Shown here piece by piece: positions 8,631 to 19,113 of a DNA stretch of 20,000 nucleotides (the stretch's first letter is position 1; each line of letters begins with the position of its first letter). The translations under genes were made by a program, and so were the position numbers. This DNA comes from Chiloscyllium plagiosum (taxonomy: Eukaryota): assembly GCF_004010195.1 (NCBI RefSeq), contig NC_057711.1, positions 71,979,454 to 71,999,453 on the forward strand. The letters are read 5' to 3'. The notes under the pieces were generated by a model, which was not told where the DNA came from, did not search any database, and was given only the letters and a program-made list of their open reading frames with translations.

Positions 8631-10208
8631 AAATTCTGGAAAGGGTGAAATTCTGGAAAGGGTGAAAATAGATAGGTCCCCTGGGCCTGATGGCATTTAT
8701 CCTAGGATTCTCTGGGAAGCAAGGGAGGAGATTGCAGAGCCATTGGCCTTGATTTTTATGTCCTCGTTGTCTACAGGAGTAGTGCCAGAAGACTGGAGGA
8801 TAGCAAATGTGGTTCCCTTGTTCAAGAAGGGGAGTAGGGATAACCCTAGTAACTATAGGCCGGTGAGTCTCACTTCTGTTGTGGGCAAAGTCTTAGAGAG
8901 AATTGTAAGGGATAGGATTTATGAAAATCTGGATAGGAATAATGTGATTAAGGATAGTCAGCATGATTCTGTGAAGGGCATGTCGTGCCTCACAAACCTT
9001 ATTGAATTCTTTGAGAAGGTGACTAAGGAGCTGGACGAGGGGAAAGCGGTAGATGTGGTGTATATGGATTTTAGTAAGGCGTTTGATAAGGTTTCCCATG
9101 GTAGGCTACTTCGAAAAATACGGAGGTATGACATTGAGGGTGAGTTGGAGGTTTGGATTAGGAATTGGCTGGGTGGAAGAAGACAGAGGTAGTAGTTGAT
9201 GGTAAAGGTTCATCTTGGAGTGCAGTTATTAGCGGTGTTCCGCAAGGATCTGTTTTGGGACCATTACTGTTTGTCATTTTTATAAATGACCTGGAGGAGG
9301 GGCTAGAAGGTTGGGTGAGCAAGTTTGCAGATGATACGAAAGTCGGAGGAGTTGTTGACAGTGAGGAAGGATGTGGCAGGTTACAGCGGGATATAGATAA
9401 GCTGCAGAACGGGGCAGACAGGTGGCAAATGGAGTTCAATGTAGCTAAGTGTGAGGTGATTCATTTTGGTAAGAATAACAAAAAGATGGGGTACTGGGTT
9501 AATGGTCGGATACTTGGTAGTGTGGATGAGCAGAGGAATCTTGGTGTCCATGTACACAGATCTCCGAAAGTTCAGGTAAATAGTGCGGTGAGGAAGGCAT
9601 ATGGCGTACTGGCTTTTATTGGTAGAGGAATTGAGTTCCGGAGTCCTGAGATCATGTTGCAGTTGTATAAGACTCTGGTGCGGCTGCATCTGGAGTATTG
9701 TGTGCAGTTTTGGTTGCCATACTATAGGGAGGATGTGGAGACACTGGAACGGGTGCAGAGGAAGTTTACCAGGATGTTGCTTGGTATGGTAGGAAGATCG
9801 TATGAGGAAAAGCTGAGGCACTTGGAGTTGTTTTCATTGGAGAAAAGAAGGTTTAGGGGTGACTTGATAGAGGTGTACAAGATGATTAGGGGTTTAGATA
9901 GGGTTGACCGTGAGAACCTTTTTCACGTATGGAGTCAGCTATTACGAGGGGGCATAGCTTTAAATTAAGGGGTGGTAGGTATAGGACAGATGTTAGGGGT
10001 AGGTTCTTTACTCAGCGAGTCGTGAGTTCATGGAATGCCCTGCCAGTAGCAGTGGTGGACTCTCCCTCTTTATGGGCATTTAAGCAGGCGTTGGATAGGC
10101 ATATGGAGGATAGTGGGCTAGTGTAGGTTAGGTGGGTTTGGATCGGCGCAACATCGAGGGCCAAAGGGCCTGTACTGCGCTGTATTCTTCTATGTTCTAT
10201 GTTCTATG
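8631..10208 (+). mobile_element. Young 5'-truncated CR1 LINE: RT domain with two 1-bp frameshifts, 3'UTR and (TTCTATG)3 tail
   Basis: SPGPDGIYPRIL, NYRPVSLTS, YMDFSKAFDKV, GVPQGSVLGPLLF, KFADD, RGDLIEVYK, FFTQRVV. Frameshifts at ~9189 and ~9924, stop at 10124-10126, 3'UTR hairpin gggccaaagggcct, tail at 10188-10208. Confidence 0.95.
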
Positions 10209-10354
10209 TTTACAAAAAGATATCCCCAAACAGAGTTGAGGCTAGATCAGACATGATCATGTTGAATTGCTGGCTTAACAGCCCATATAGTCCTCTCTTC
10301 CTCCGATTTCCTTTGATTTTGTGATCCACTACCAATTATGTAAATGAAAATGCT

Positions 10355-10445
10355 TCCTGGTTTCTCTCCTTGATGGCCCAGCTCTATTTTGAAAATTATC
10401 TGCTTTCATTCTGGATTTCTCTACCAGTGGGAATAGTGTTTTCCT
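10355..10445 (-). mobile_element. Old CR1 fragment (continues at ~12005 after a 1.55-kb insertion)
   Basis: attctggatttctctaccagtgggaatagt is collinear in antisense CR1 sequence with ccatcaaacctccttatcattttaaaa at ~12011. Confidence 0.55.
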
Positions 10446-12004
10446 GGGTGGACTGTTCTGGAAGCTGTGTGGTTAGAAGGAACACATGTGCAGTGCATCT
10501 GCTCATAAGGCAGTCACGGAGTGGATACCCGGTTCTATCTTCATGTTCTAGGAGTGCTGTAAATCAAGCAGTGGGGACAGACACAAAGTCAACACCACTG
10601 CTCTTACTTTATGGGGCCAAAGATCCAAGCACATATTTAAAAGGTGTTCAAGTCAGGAGTATAATTCTCAATGTTGGAGGAGCCTTTAAGGAACTGCAAT
10701 TGCAGCTACCTGGATCCCTGGAATTGGAAGTCATCATTTCACAACCACATCCCCACATCTGAATACCTTTCCCTTCCCTCCTATATCCTCAACCAATATC
10801 TCATATCACCCTTGACCAATTACAATGTCATGCTTGGACAATGGAACTAACTCCACTTCCCCTATCTGTCAATGTGATCCTCCACTTACCATCTTTGGCC
10901 ATCCCTTTGTTACCTTTGACTCTCAGAACTTCACCATAATCCCTGAATTTATGACCTACACTTTCTTTCAATGTTGATCTTCCTTCTACAGTTGGGTTCA
11001 TTCCTGTATTCCCCAAGAGACATTGTAAGACTATGACCTCTTCCTCTCCCTCTCTCCCTCCTTCATTCCTCTGGCAGAATGTGCCCCATTCCCCTTTGTC
11101 AGCCACCTAAACAATTTCAATGATCAATGTCTGTTCCCTCGGATTTGATCTAAGTTGCCCAAGAAAGGAAAAGCTCCTGCTCACTTCGAATCCACTATAA
11201 AAACTACTTTGTCCATTAGAAAGACATGATTAAGTAGTCACAAACCTGAAGGCATGTCTCATGTTTGCTAATTGCTTAAATGGAAGATGTACCTAATTGT
11301 GACAATGGGGTTGCAGTGAGGATTTTTCTCAATTATATGAATGATCATAGCAATTTATTTGTGGAATTGGAGTATATGATGAAAGATTTGATGAGAAGGA
11401 GAACTGAGAAAGAGGACACTTGCAGTATTTAATGACAATCTCCAACTGGAAATGCATATATAATGTGTAAATGTATTTAAAAAGAGGTTTTCACCACTTG
11501 CCAACAGGAAGCACCATCTGCTGTCAATCTGCCAACAACTTAGCAGCATAATTTTACCCAAGTCATTGATTGGAAAGTTGACCGTTGTCATTCCACACAA
11601 TTAAGTCCACCTAACTGGCTTATTTCCCATTTCCTGGAGGTTTTAAAGATTCTACCTGCTCTACGTACTCTCGTCCCCATGTGGAGGTCTTCTTCAACAT
11701 TGGCTTCCAGGTATTCCAGCGATCCTGCAGGCAGTCTCGAACCAGAATGGTGGTCCCATCTGGGAATGGTGATAACCTCCCAGCTACGCCTTCTGGGTAT
11801 TCCATTGTTTCTTAATCAGCTTTCCCCAAGTTAAGAAGCCATTAACTGAACTGTGATGAACTTTGTCTTAATTTTACCTTTTTTTTGCTATTATGTATGA
11901 CTTCTTTCATTAATATAGCTGCATGGTAAGGCAACTTATAAAACATATTGTTGTTTTTTTTTGTGTAAAACATGTGACAACAAATTTCTTTTCCATTCTA
12001 TTCC
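10445..12004 (+). mobile_element. Unclassified ~1.55-kb insertion, possibly an internally deleted non-LTR element (Rex1/Babar- or L2-like)
   Basis: Interrupts a CR1. ISMINVCSL (~11114) resembles an APE-endonuclease N-terminal strand. The 3' end acatgtgacaacaaa followed by ttccattctattcc resembles a LINE tail. Confidence 0.3.
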
Positions 12005-12700
12005 ATAGTCTCCATCAAACCTCCTTATCATTTTAAAATCCCTCAATTCAATCAACACTCAACTTTGTGAACTCAAGAGAATACAAAGCAAGTTTATGCA
12101 ACCTGACGTCACACTTTCAGTGTTGGTAACAGTCTGGTAAATCTGTGCTCATGGTCTTTCAAGGTCTCTGAGGTGTCATGCTCAAAACTGAATGAAGTAC
12201 TTCAGACGAAGTCCCACCAATGCTCTGTACAAATTAAACATCACCAACTCAATTTTGAATTCCAACCCTCTCGAGATAAAGGTCAATATTCCATCAGTCT
12301 TTCTGATTACTTCTTGTAGCTGTCCAGTAGTTTTCTTTAGTGAATTTCATACATGGAAACTTAAATCCCTGTATGTCTGCAGAGCTGATAGTTTCTTCTG
12401 TAAAATCTTATCAACAACCTCAGGAATTCTATATAGGCAACGTCAATACTCGCTTATCCACTGACCTCCTTGAACAATTCAATTAGATTAGACAGACAGG
12501 ATTTCCTCTTCACGAATCCTTCTGACTCTCTATGAACAGCCTATATTTCATCCAATCCCTCAGTCACTCTATCTCTGGGGTAGGTTCCAGCAATTTCTTC
12601 ACAACTGACAAATCTGTAATGTGTGATTTCTCTCTCCTGCTCATCTAAAGTAGTTGAGTATATTTGAAATTTTCCATTCCAACACAGCACCATGCTACAC
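12005..12700 (-). mobile_element. Old, internally deleted CR1 RT fragment
   Basis: Antisense CR1 motifs: gaatacaaagcaagtttatgcaacctg; ccaatgctctgtacaa; tccaaccctctcgagataaaggtcaatattccat; gatttcctcttcacgaatcc. Confidence 0.7.
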
Positions 12701-12985
12701 CAGTGTTACACTATGCACTATGTGACAGCTACATACGTGCCAAAGACACTGCATGTATCTCAATGTCGAAGAGGCCTAGCCCTCAGCCAAGTCTAGGAAT
12801 ACAGCCTTCAGGCAGGGGATCCTGGCACACAATAAATGTGAGGTAGCAAAGAGAGAGAGATGACGGTGGCATTTATCCTGACAGAGAGGAAAAGGTCATT
12901 GAACTTCTTTCAGCACTGCTGGGCATTCCTTCAGGTGGTTGATCTGGTACCATGGCCTTCCTTGTCAGTCCTGAGTTCTGGAGGA
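12700..12985 (-). pseudogene. Second Harbinger Myb/SANT exon-1 fragment
   Basis: Minus strand ..GRPWYQ../RNAQQC*KKFNDLFLSVR. Shares an exact 18-mer gcactgctgggcattcct (12913-12930) with 1198-1215 and a similar exon-intron boundary sequence. Confidence 0.7.
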
Positions 12986-12999
12986 TATCTTTCAAAAGA

Positions 13000-13160
13000 T
13001 CACCAAAAAGATAATAGAATAAATAAACTAAGAGGGCAAACCAGCGAGAACATAAAAACTGACACAAAGACCTTCTTTAAATATATAAAAAAGTAGTAAG
13101 AGGTCAAAGTGAACATCGGCCCCTTAGAAAATGAGTCTGGTGAGACAGTTTTGGGGAACA
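13000..13160 (+). mobile_element. CR1 ORF2 fragment (left part; split by the RTE insertion)
   Basis: NIKTDTKTFFKYIK..EVKVNIGPLENESGETVLGN, continuing at 16341. Confidence 0.8.
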
Positions 13161-16100
13161 TTTTTCTGAGGCCCCTTTCAGTCATAGCTGACCATGGGTT
13201 GCATCCTCGTTGTTCTGGCTTTCTGCTTCCCAGAAGCAACTTCACTTGTGACTGAACAGACCAATACTGGAGTGACAGTCCCAATTGCAGAGGTCACATC
13301 TGTATGTGGTTGTTGACCTGCCAGAGCTGCTGCACTCCTTCCTTCGTGCCCCTTGTCTGCTGCTCATCAGCGTCTTTTCCCCTGTTTCGAGGTGTTGGTT
13401 CCAGGTGCTTCTCCATCTCATGCGGTCAGCTGCAAGCCATTCCCAGGACTCTGTAACGATATCAAGCACCTTCATGTCCCTCATGCAGTCATCCTTGCAG
13501 TGCACCTGGGGACGCCCACTGGGTCCCTTCCTGGGTGCAAACTCTCCATAGAGGATATCTTTTGGGATACGGCCGTCCTCCATGCGGTGGATGTGGCCTA
13601 GCCAGCACAGTCTCCACTGCCGAAGCAGAGTGTACATGCTGGGAAGACCAGCACGAGATAGGACCGCTGGGTTGGACACTCTGTCTTGCCATGATATGGC
13701 GGATAGTCCTCAAGTGGAGGGTGTTCAGTCTTCTCTCCTGTCTGGTGTATGTAGTCCACATTTCACTGCCGTACAGCGGAGTGCTTATGACGCAGGCTCT
13801 GTAGACTGACATTTTTGTCTTCATGTCAGCTTGGGATTTATCCATACTCAAGTCGTGAGGCAAGCAAGAGTTGAGGCTACTTTTCCGATCTCTGTGTCCA
13901 AGGAGAGGTTGTCAGTGATGGTAGAACCAAGGTACGTAAACTGATGGACGACATTGAGTTCGTAGTCATCAATGGTGATGATCGGCGGTGCCTCTGTGTC
14001 CTGTCTTAGGATGCTCATTGGCTTCAGCCTGATAGTCAGCCCAAAAGCTTCGCAAGTGTGAGAGAGGCAGTCTATCAGTGACTGGAGTTCCTGCTGGGTA
14101 TGAGTTGCATCATCGGCAAACAGCATGTCCCTGATGACTGCAGCGCATATTTTTGTCTTGGCTCTAAGGCAGGCCAGGTTGAACTGCCTGCTGTCTGATC
14201 TACTGCGAAGGTAAATCTCCTCCATTGCAGTGCCAAAGGAATGTTTCAGGATCACAGCAAAAAAAATCCCAAAGTGTGTGGGAGCGAGGATGCAGCCTGG
14301 TTTGACACTGCTGTGGATGTTGAAGGGCTCAGAAGAGCTGCCATTGAACTGCACTGTCCCTTTCGTGTTACTGTGGAAGGATTTGATCATGCTCAGCAGT
14401 TTCGGTGGGCAGCAATCATCAGGAGAACCTTGAAAAGGATGTTTCTGCTCATCAGATCGAACGCCTTGGTGAGATCGATGTAAGCGATATACAGGGGCGT
14501 TTTCTGTTCTCTGCACTTCTCCTGCAGTTGGCGAAGGGAAATGATCATGTCTACTGTTGACCTTTTAACTCAGAATCTGCACTGTGACTCTGGGTATACA
14601 CGTTCTGCCACTTTCTGCAGGCGAGTCAAGATGACCCGAGCAAAGGCTTTGCCAACAGTGTTGAAGAGAGAGATGCCTCTGTAGTTGTTGCAATTGCTTC
14701 TCACACCCTTGTTCTTGTAGCGGGCAATGATCTTGACATCCCTCATGGCCTGTGGTATGGCTCCTTCTTGCCAGCACTGACAGAGGACTTCATACAATGG
14801 GAGCAGGAAGCTAGTCTTGCAGCACTTGTTCTGATCAGGAGGAATCCTGTTGCTACCCGGGGCCTTACCTGAGGCCAGGCCGTCAATGGCCTTTCTGAGC
14901 CCTTCTCCTGATGGCCCTGCGTCTACCTCGTCCATGGTCGGCAAGCATGTGATGCATCAAATGCTGAAGCAGACACGGTCTCCTCTCTGGAGTAGAGATC
15001 AGAGTGGTGTTCAACCCACCTGCCCACCTGCTGGCCTTAGTCTGTGATTACTTCCCCAGGAGAGGATGTGAGGGGGGGCTGTCTTGCTCTGAGCTGGTCC
15101 TAGTGCCTTCTTGATGCCTTTGTACAGTCCCCTAATACTCCCCCGTTATAACGACCATCTAACTTTCCTCACTTAGCTGTGTCCAGTACCTGTTAGTGCA
15201 ATGCCTGGCAGTCTGCTGAACCTTGTTCCTGGCAGCCATGAGAATCTGCAGGTTCTTCCCGCTAGCTGACCGCTTGTACTCAGCTAGGACAACATGCTTG
15301 GCTTCAACAACAGGGGTCATCTCGGTTGCCTTAGCCTCAAACCAGTCATGTGTCTTGCAGGTCTTCTTCCCAAAGATAGCCAAGGACGTGCAGTGTATGG
15401 TATCCAGCATGGTTTCCCACTTCTCTGTGGCGATGCACTGAGTTCCCTCTCGAAAGCCTTTGAGAACTGTTGCATGAAGTCTGGCTGGAACATCTCGCTG
15501 ACCTTGATGCGAGGGTTCCCCTGTTGCTTAGTGTGATGCAATCTCTTAGGTTACAGTCTGATCTTGCAACACACTAAGGAGTGGTCTGTGTCACAGTCTG
15601 CACTGTAGTAAGAGTGTGCGTGGAGAACGTGTTTGATGGTGGCGTGCCTAACCAAGGTAAGATTGAGTTGGTGCCAATGCTTTGAGTGCAGGTGTCTCAA
15701 GGAAACCTTGTGCTGAGGCTTTGTCTGGAAGTAGGAGTTGGTGATGCACAAATCATGGTAAGTGCACAGCTCGAGAAGTCGCTGTTTGTTCTCATTCATT
15801 TTGCCGACACCAAAATGCCTAAGGCAGAAGGGCCATGAGTCGTGATCTGCAACCACTTTGGCATTGAAGTCACCCGGAAGAACAAGTTCCTCCTTCCTAG
15901 GGATGCTGCTAATGAGGTGTGCAAGGTTGTCGTAGAGCTTGTCCTACATGTCTGGCACAGAGGACAGTGCATGGTCATACACGCTGACAAGGGTAACTGG
16001 GCTTATGATGGTGTTGAGGTGAAGAGTCATGAGTTGCTCTGAGCCACTGCTGCCCAGTTCAACTGTGTTCATCAGGCTGTCCTTTATTCCAAAGCCGACC

Positions 16101-16330
16101 GTGTGCTCTCTGGGCTCATCAGAGCCCTTCCCCAGCCAATAAACGTTCAGTCCTTCTCTTTTAGTGAGCCTGCCTCTACCAGCCTTGTATCCTGAAGGGT
16201 AGCTATGTACACATTGAGTCTCTTGAGCTTGTTATCTATGACAGCTGATTTCCTAGAGTCGTTGATGTCCTGGAGGTTTTCTGAGCAATAAAAGAAAACA
16301 ACAAAAGAGACAAGGTCTAAAACTGGGAAG
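13161..16330 (-). mobile_element. Near-full-length RTE-clade LINE (BovB/RTE-1-like): APE endonuclease, RT, C-terminal C2H2; multiple stops and frameshifts; 10-bp TSD; 5' inversion
   Basis: TSD TTGGGGAACA at 13151-13160 and 16331-16340. APE motifs IATLQDTRL, GDFNA, ADCDTDHSLV. RT motifs KAPG, NYRGISL, ESQCRF, DMLFADD, FTYLGS. C-terminus WLGHIHRMEDGRIPKDILYGE and CDLCNWDCHSSIGLFSH. Short 3'UTR ending in A5. Confidence 0.95.
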
Positions 16331-16340
16331 TTGGGGAACA

Positions 16341-16590
16341 AGGAAATAGCAAAAGAATTAATCAGATATTTTGCATTAGTTTTTATGTTTGAAGATACTT
16401 AATTCCATTAATACTGTAGAATACGGGAGGAATTAAGTGCCATCACCATCATTAACAAAGTAGTATTGTACAAACTAATGGGCCTACTTGCCCTGATGGC
16501 TTGCATCCTAGGACCCTAAAAGAGGTAGCGACAGAGATAGTGGATGCATTAGTTGTAACTTTCCAAAAATTCTGGAGAATTGGAAAGCTG
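16341..16590 (+). mobile_element. CR1 ORF2 fragment (right part)
   Basis: KEIAKELIRYFALVF..PDGLHPRTLKEVATEIVDALVVTFQK continues the CR1 reading from 13160. Confidence 0.8.
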
Positions 16591-16749
16591 CTACTTTGCA
16601 ATATCAAAGTAGGGCTCAGACGTATCCGGTCTTCAAATCCTGACTGAGAATCTGGTAGTTTGTAACACAATTGGCATCAACTCCCATGAGTCATGAGAAA
16701 AGAAAAAAAATCAGCTCAAATTCTTATTCTTGATCTTGGTGTAAGGACC
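16557..16749 (+). repeat. Long inverted repeat, left arm (partner 17776-17980)
   Basis: caaatcctgactga.aatctggta.tttgtaa.acaattggcatcaactccca...catgagaaaagaaaaa..tcagctcaa.ttc.t.ttcttgatcttggtgtaaggacc is present in inverted orientation at both loci. The ORF track mirrors it (MRKEKKSAQILILDLGVRT / MRKEKSAQVPVLDLGVRT). Confidence 0.9.
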
Positions 16750-17570
16750 ATTGAGAACAAAATATCACCCCTCTGTGGTGAACTACCTTGCTACCACTCA
16801 CCAACATGTCTCAAAACACAAAGAGACATTGGCTCACGGAGACAGGAAAGCTGCAGGTGCTCATGGAGACATACTCGAGCTGAAGTCAGCATTTCCAGAG
16901 GAGAAGGACAGAAAACAGTGGACCATTGATTGAAAGAAAAAGGGAAGGGTAGAATCTAAAGAATGCACATTTTATTGTTCTATCAATACTCTGACGATTC
17001 AGTCCATGAGGACTTACCCAAAGCAACAGAGCCAGCATTTCCTGTGTTACTTCAGTATGATATTGTGATGTTGATGGGAAACAACAGCTATCATAACTTA
17101 ATCATTGACCATTTTAAAGTAAATCATATGCAATATGCTGAAACACAATTTGCAATAGCTGCAAGAGGAGTTCAACAGAAACAATTTTCACTGCATTGTG
17201 TTGTGATTTATTTTTAAAGCAAGAACCATGAAACTGAAACACAAGTAGAAATAAGCAGCACCAGTGGCAGATGTGCTCAAAAGTGAATCGAATCAATTTG
17301 CAAATGAACAGTGCCAAATACTGCCAATGTCAATTGATAAGATTATGAAAATGTTACAGCCCTAGCTGTCATTTTATTGTTGCTCAACAAGGTTCAGAAA
17401 CAATATAAGGTCCACATCAAAAAGTAGTGTGGAAAATCAATTAAATCTTTGCATGCTCTAATTTAAGAAAAATGTCCATGCATTGTTACTACTGAACCTT
17501 TATTATACCTTAGCTTTCCATGTTACAGTTATTGCACCCTGTAATAAATCCTGAAATAATCTTTATTCAT

Positions 17571-17751
17571 AACAAAAACAGAAACTGCTGGAGGACAGCA
17601 GCAGGTCTCGTAACATCTGTGGAGAGAAAGTAGAGTTAACATTTCAGGTCCAGTCAACCTTCTTCAAATGACACATAAATTCTGCTTTCTCTCCACAGAC
17701 ATTGCCGAAGCTCTCCAGCAATTTCTGCTTTTGTTTAAGATTTCCAGCATC
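17571..17751. mobile_element. Penelope-derived inverted (palindromic) terminal repeat with CpG-decayed hammerhead
   Basis: aacaaaaacagaaactgctggag..ctgtggagagaaag pairs with ctttctctccacaga..ctccagcaatttctgcttttgtt. Minus strand tTGAAGA-aggttgactggacc-tGAAA-tgtt at ~17668-17638. Confidence 0.75.
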
Positions 17752-17775
17752 AATGCTGACATGTATTTTAACACA

Positions 17776-17980
17776 GGTCCTTACACCAAGATCAAGAACA
17801 GGAACTTGAGCTGATTTTTCTTTTCTCATGGTTTATGGGAGTTGATGCCAATTGTATTACAAAATACCAGATTTTCAGTCAGGATTTGGGAACTAGATAT
17901 GTCTGATTCCTCGTTTGAAATCACAAAGCAGCAGTTTTCCAATCCTTTGTTCTCCAGAATTCAAGTATTTTTGTAAAGTT
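17776..17980 (-). repeat. Long inverted repeat, right arm
   Basis: Reverse complement of 16557-16749, roughly 80% identical by eye, with two short indels near the outer end. Confidence 0.9.
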
Positions 17981-18261
17981 TTTTTGCCTGTCATTCATAA
18001 CAACATCTGTTCCTCAAATGCTTAATTTGCAAAGTTCCAAGTTACTTTTCAGTAATTTGTATATCACTGTGACAGTTTCTAAAACACCTCTATTTACAAA
18101 ATGGTACAAAATCCTGTTCATAATTATGAATGTCTGTGTTGTAACAGCTAATTATATATCAGATATTAACACCTTCAAGAATCATTCACAAAAGATTTCA
18201 GGAGCTCTTGTTATTTAAGTTATGTCAACTAACTTCGTAAGTGAAATTGTAGCTTTCATGA

Positions 18262-18613
18262 ATAGAAGAATAGAATAGGATCCTTATTGTGTGGAAGCAG
18301 GCCATTCGGCCCATTGAGTCCACACCAACCCTCAGAAAAGCAACCCACCCAGACCCACTGTATTGCCATAACACTGCATTACCCATGGCTAATCCACCTA
18401 ATCTGCACACTATGGGCAATTCTAGCAGGGCCAATCTACCAAATCCGCACATCTTTGGACAGTGGGAGGAAACCGGAGCACCCGCAGGAAACCCACACAA
18501 ACACAGGGAGAATGTGCAAATTCCGCACAGACGGTCACCCAAGAGTAAAATCAAACCCAGGTCCTTGATGCTGTGAGGCAACAGTACTAACCAGTAAGCC
18601 ACCATGTCACTCC
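18262..18613 (-). mobile_element. HE1-type V-SINE (tRNA head, V-domain, CR1/HER1-derived tail)
   Basis: Minus strand: A box tggcttactgg, B box gggtttgatt, V-domain tgtgcggaatttgcacattctccctgtgtttgtgtgggtttcctgcgggtgctccggtttcctcccac, tail gatgggccgaatggcctgcttcc..(attct)n. Confidence 0.92.
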
Positions 18614-18994
18614 ATATTTCTATAATTTTATAAATCTTGCTCAAGTCTACTTTTAGATGAGTGGTGTTGGCTTGTAGTGCTGTCTTTGTTTTTGTTCCCA
18701 TTGCCTGACCTTTCTTTTTCTTCTTAAGTCCATTATCTGTACAACACCCAAATGCCAAGTGACTCATGGCTGGCATGAATATGTTGGCAATTCATTGAAT
18801 TCATTTGATTTTAGTTCAATGGAATAAATACCTGGCATGTTCTACAAAAGGCAGTTACTGTGCTCTGTCAGACTAATGCCTGGAGACAAGCATGTAAACA
18901 AAATCTACCTCATTGTGTTCCAGAACTTGGATTGCCTGTAACTATCACTGGCTCATGATCCTTTGATGGAATATGAAGAAAAATGTGAAAGAAA

Positions 18995-19113
18995 CCCTGA
19001 TAAAAGAAAAGGACCTCTGACATGAACACTCATTCCACAGATGCTGACAGATCTTCTTCCAGCATTTTCTGTTGCCATTTCAGATTTTCAGCATCTGCAG
19101 GATTTTACTTTTG
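18995..19113 (+). mobile_element. Decayed Penelope-derived short repeat
   Basis: ccacagatgctgacagatct..tccagcattttctgttgccatttcagattttcagcatctgcag resembles the family at 17571-17751; the hammerhead core is largely eroded (ctgataaaag..). Confidence 0.6.

Noticed and set aside
8608..10126. RT ORFs as a functional gene or retron/DGR-like system
   Set aside because: Standard CR1 ORF2 fragment: 5'-truncated, frameshifted, with a CR1 tail. No prokaryotic context.
10370..10762. 130-aa ORF as a host exon
   Set aside because: Starts within an antisense CR1 remnant, with no recognisable domain or convincing splice signals.
13285..16042. Numerous plus-strand ORFs
   Set aside because: Antisense shadows of the RTE coding sequence.
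18225..18776. 183-aa minus-strand ORF
   Set aside because: Most of it is read-through of the HE1-type SINE; the N-terminal part has no recognisable domain.
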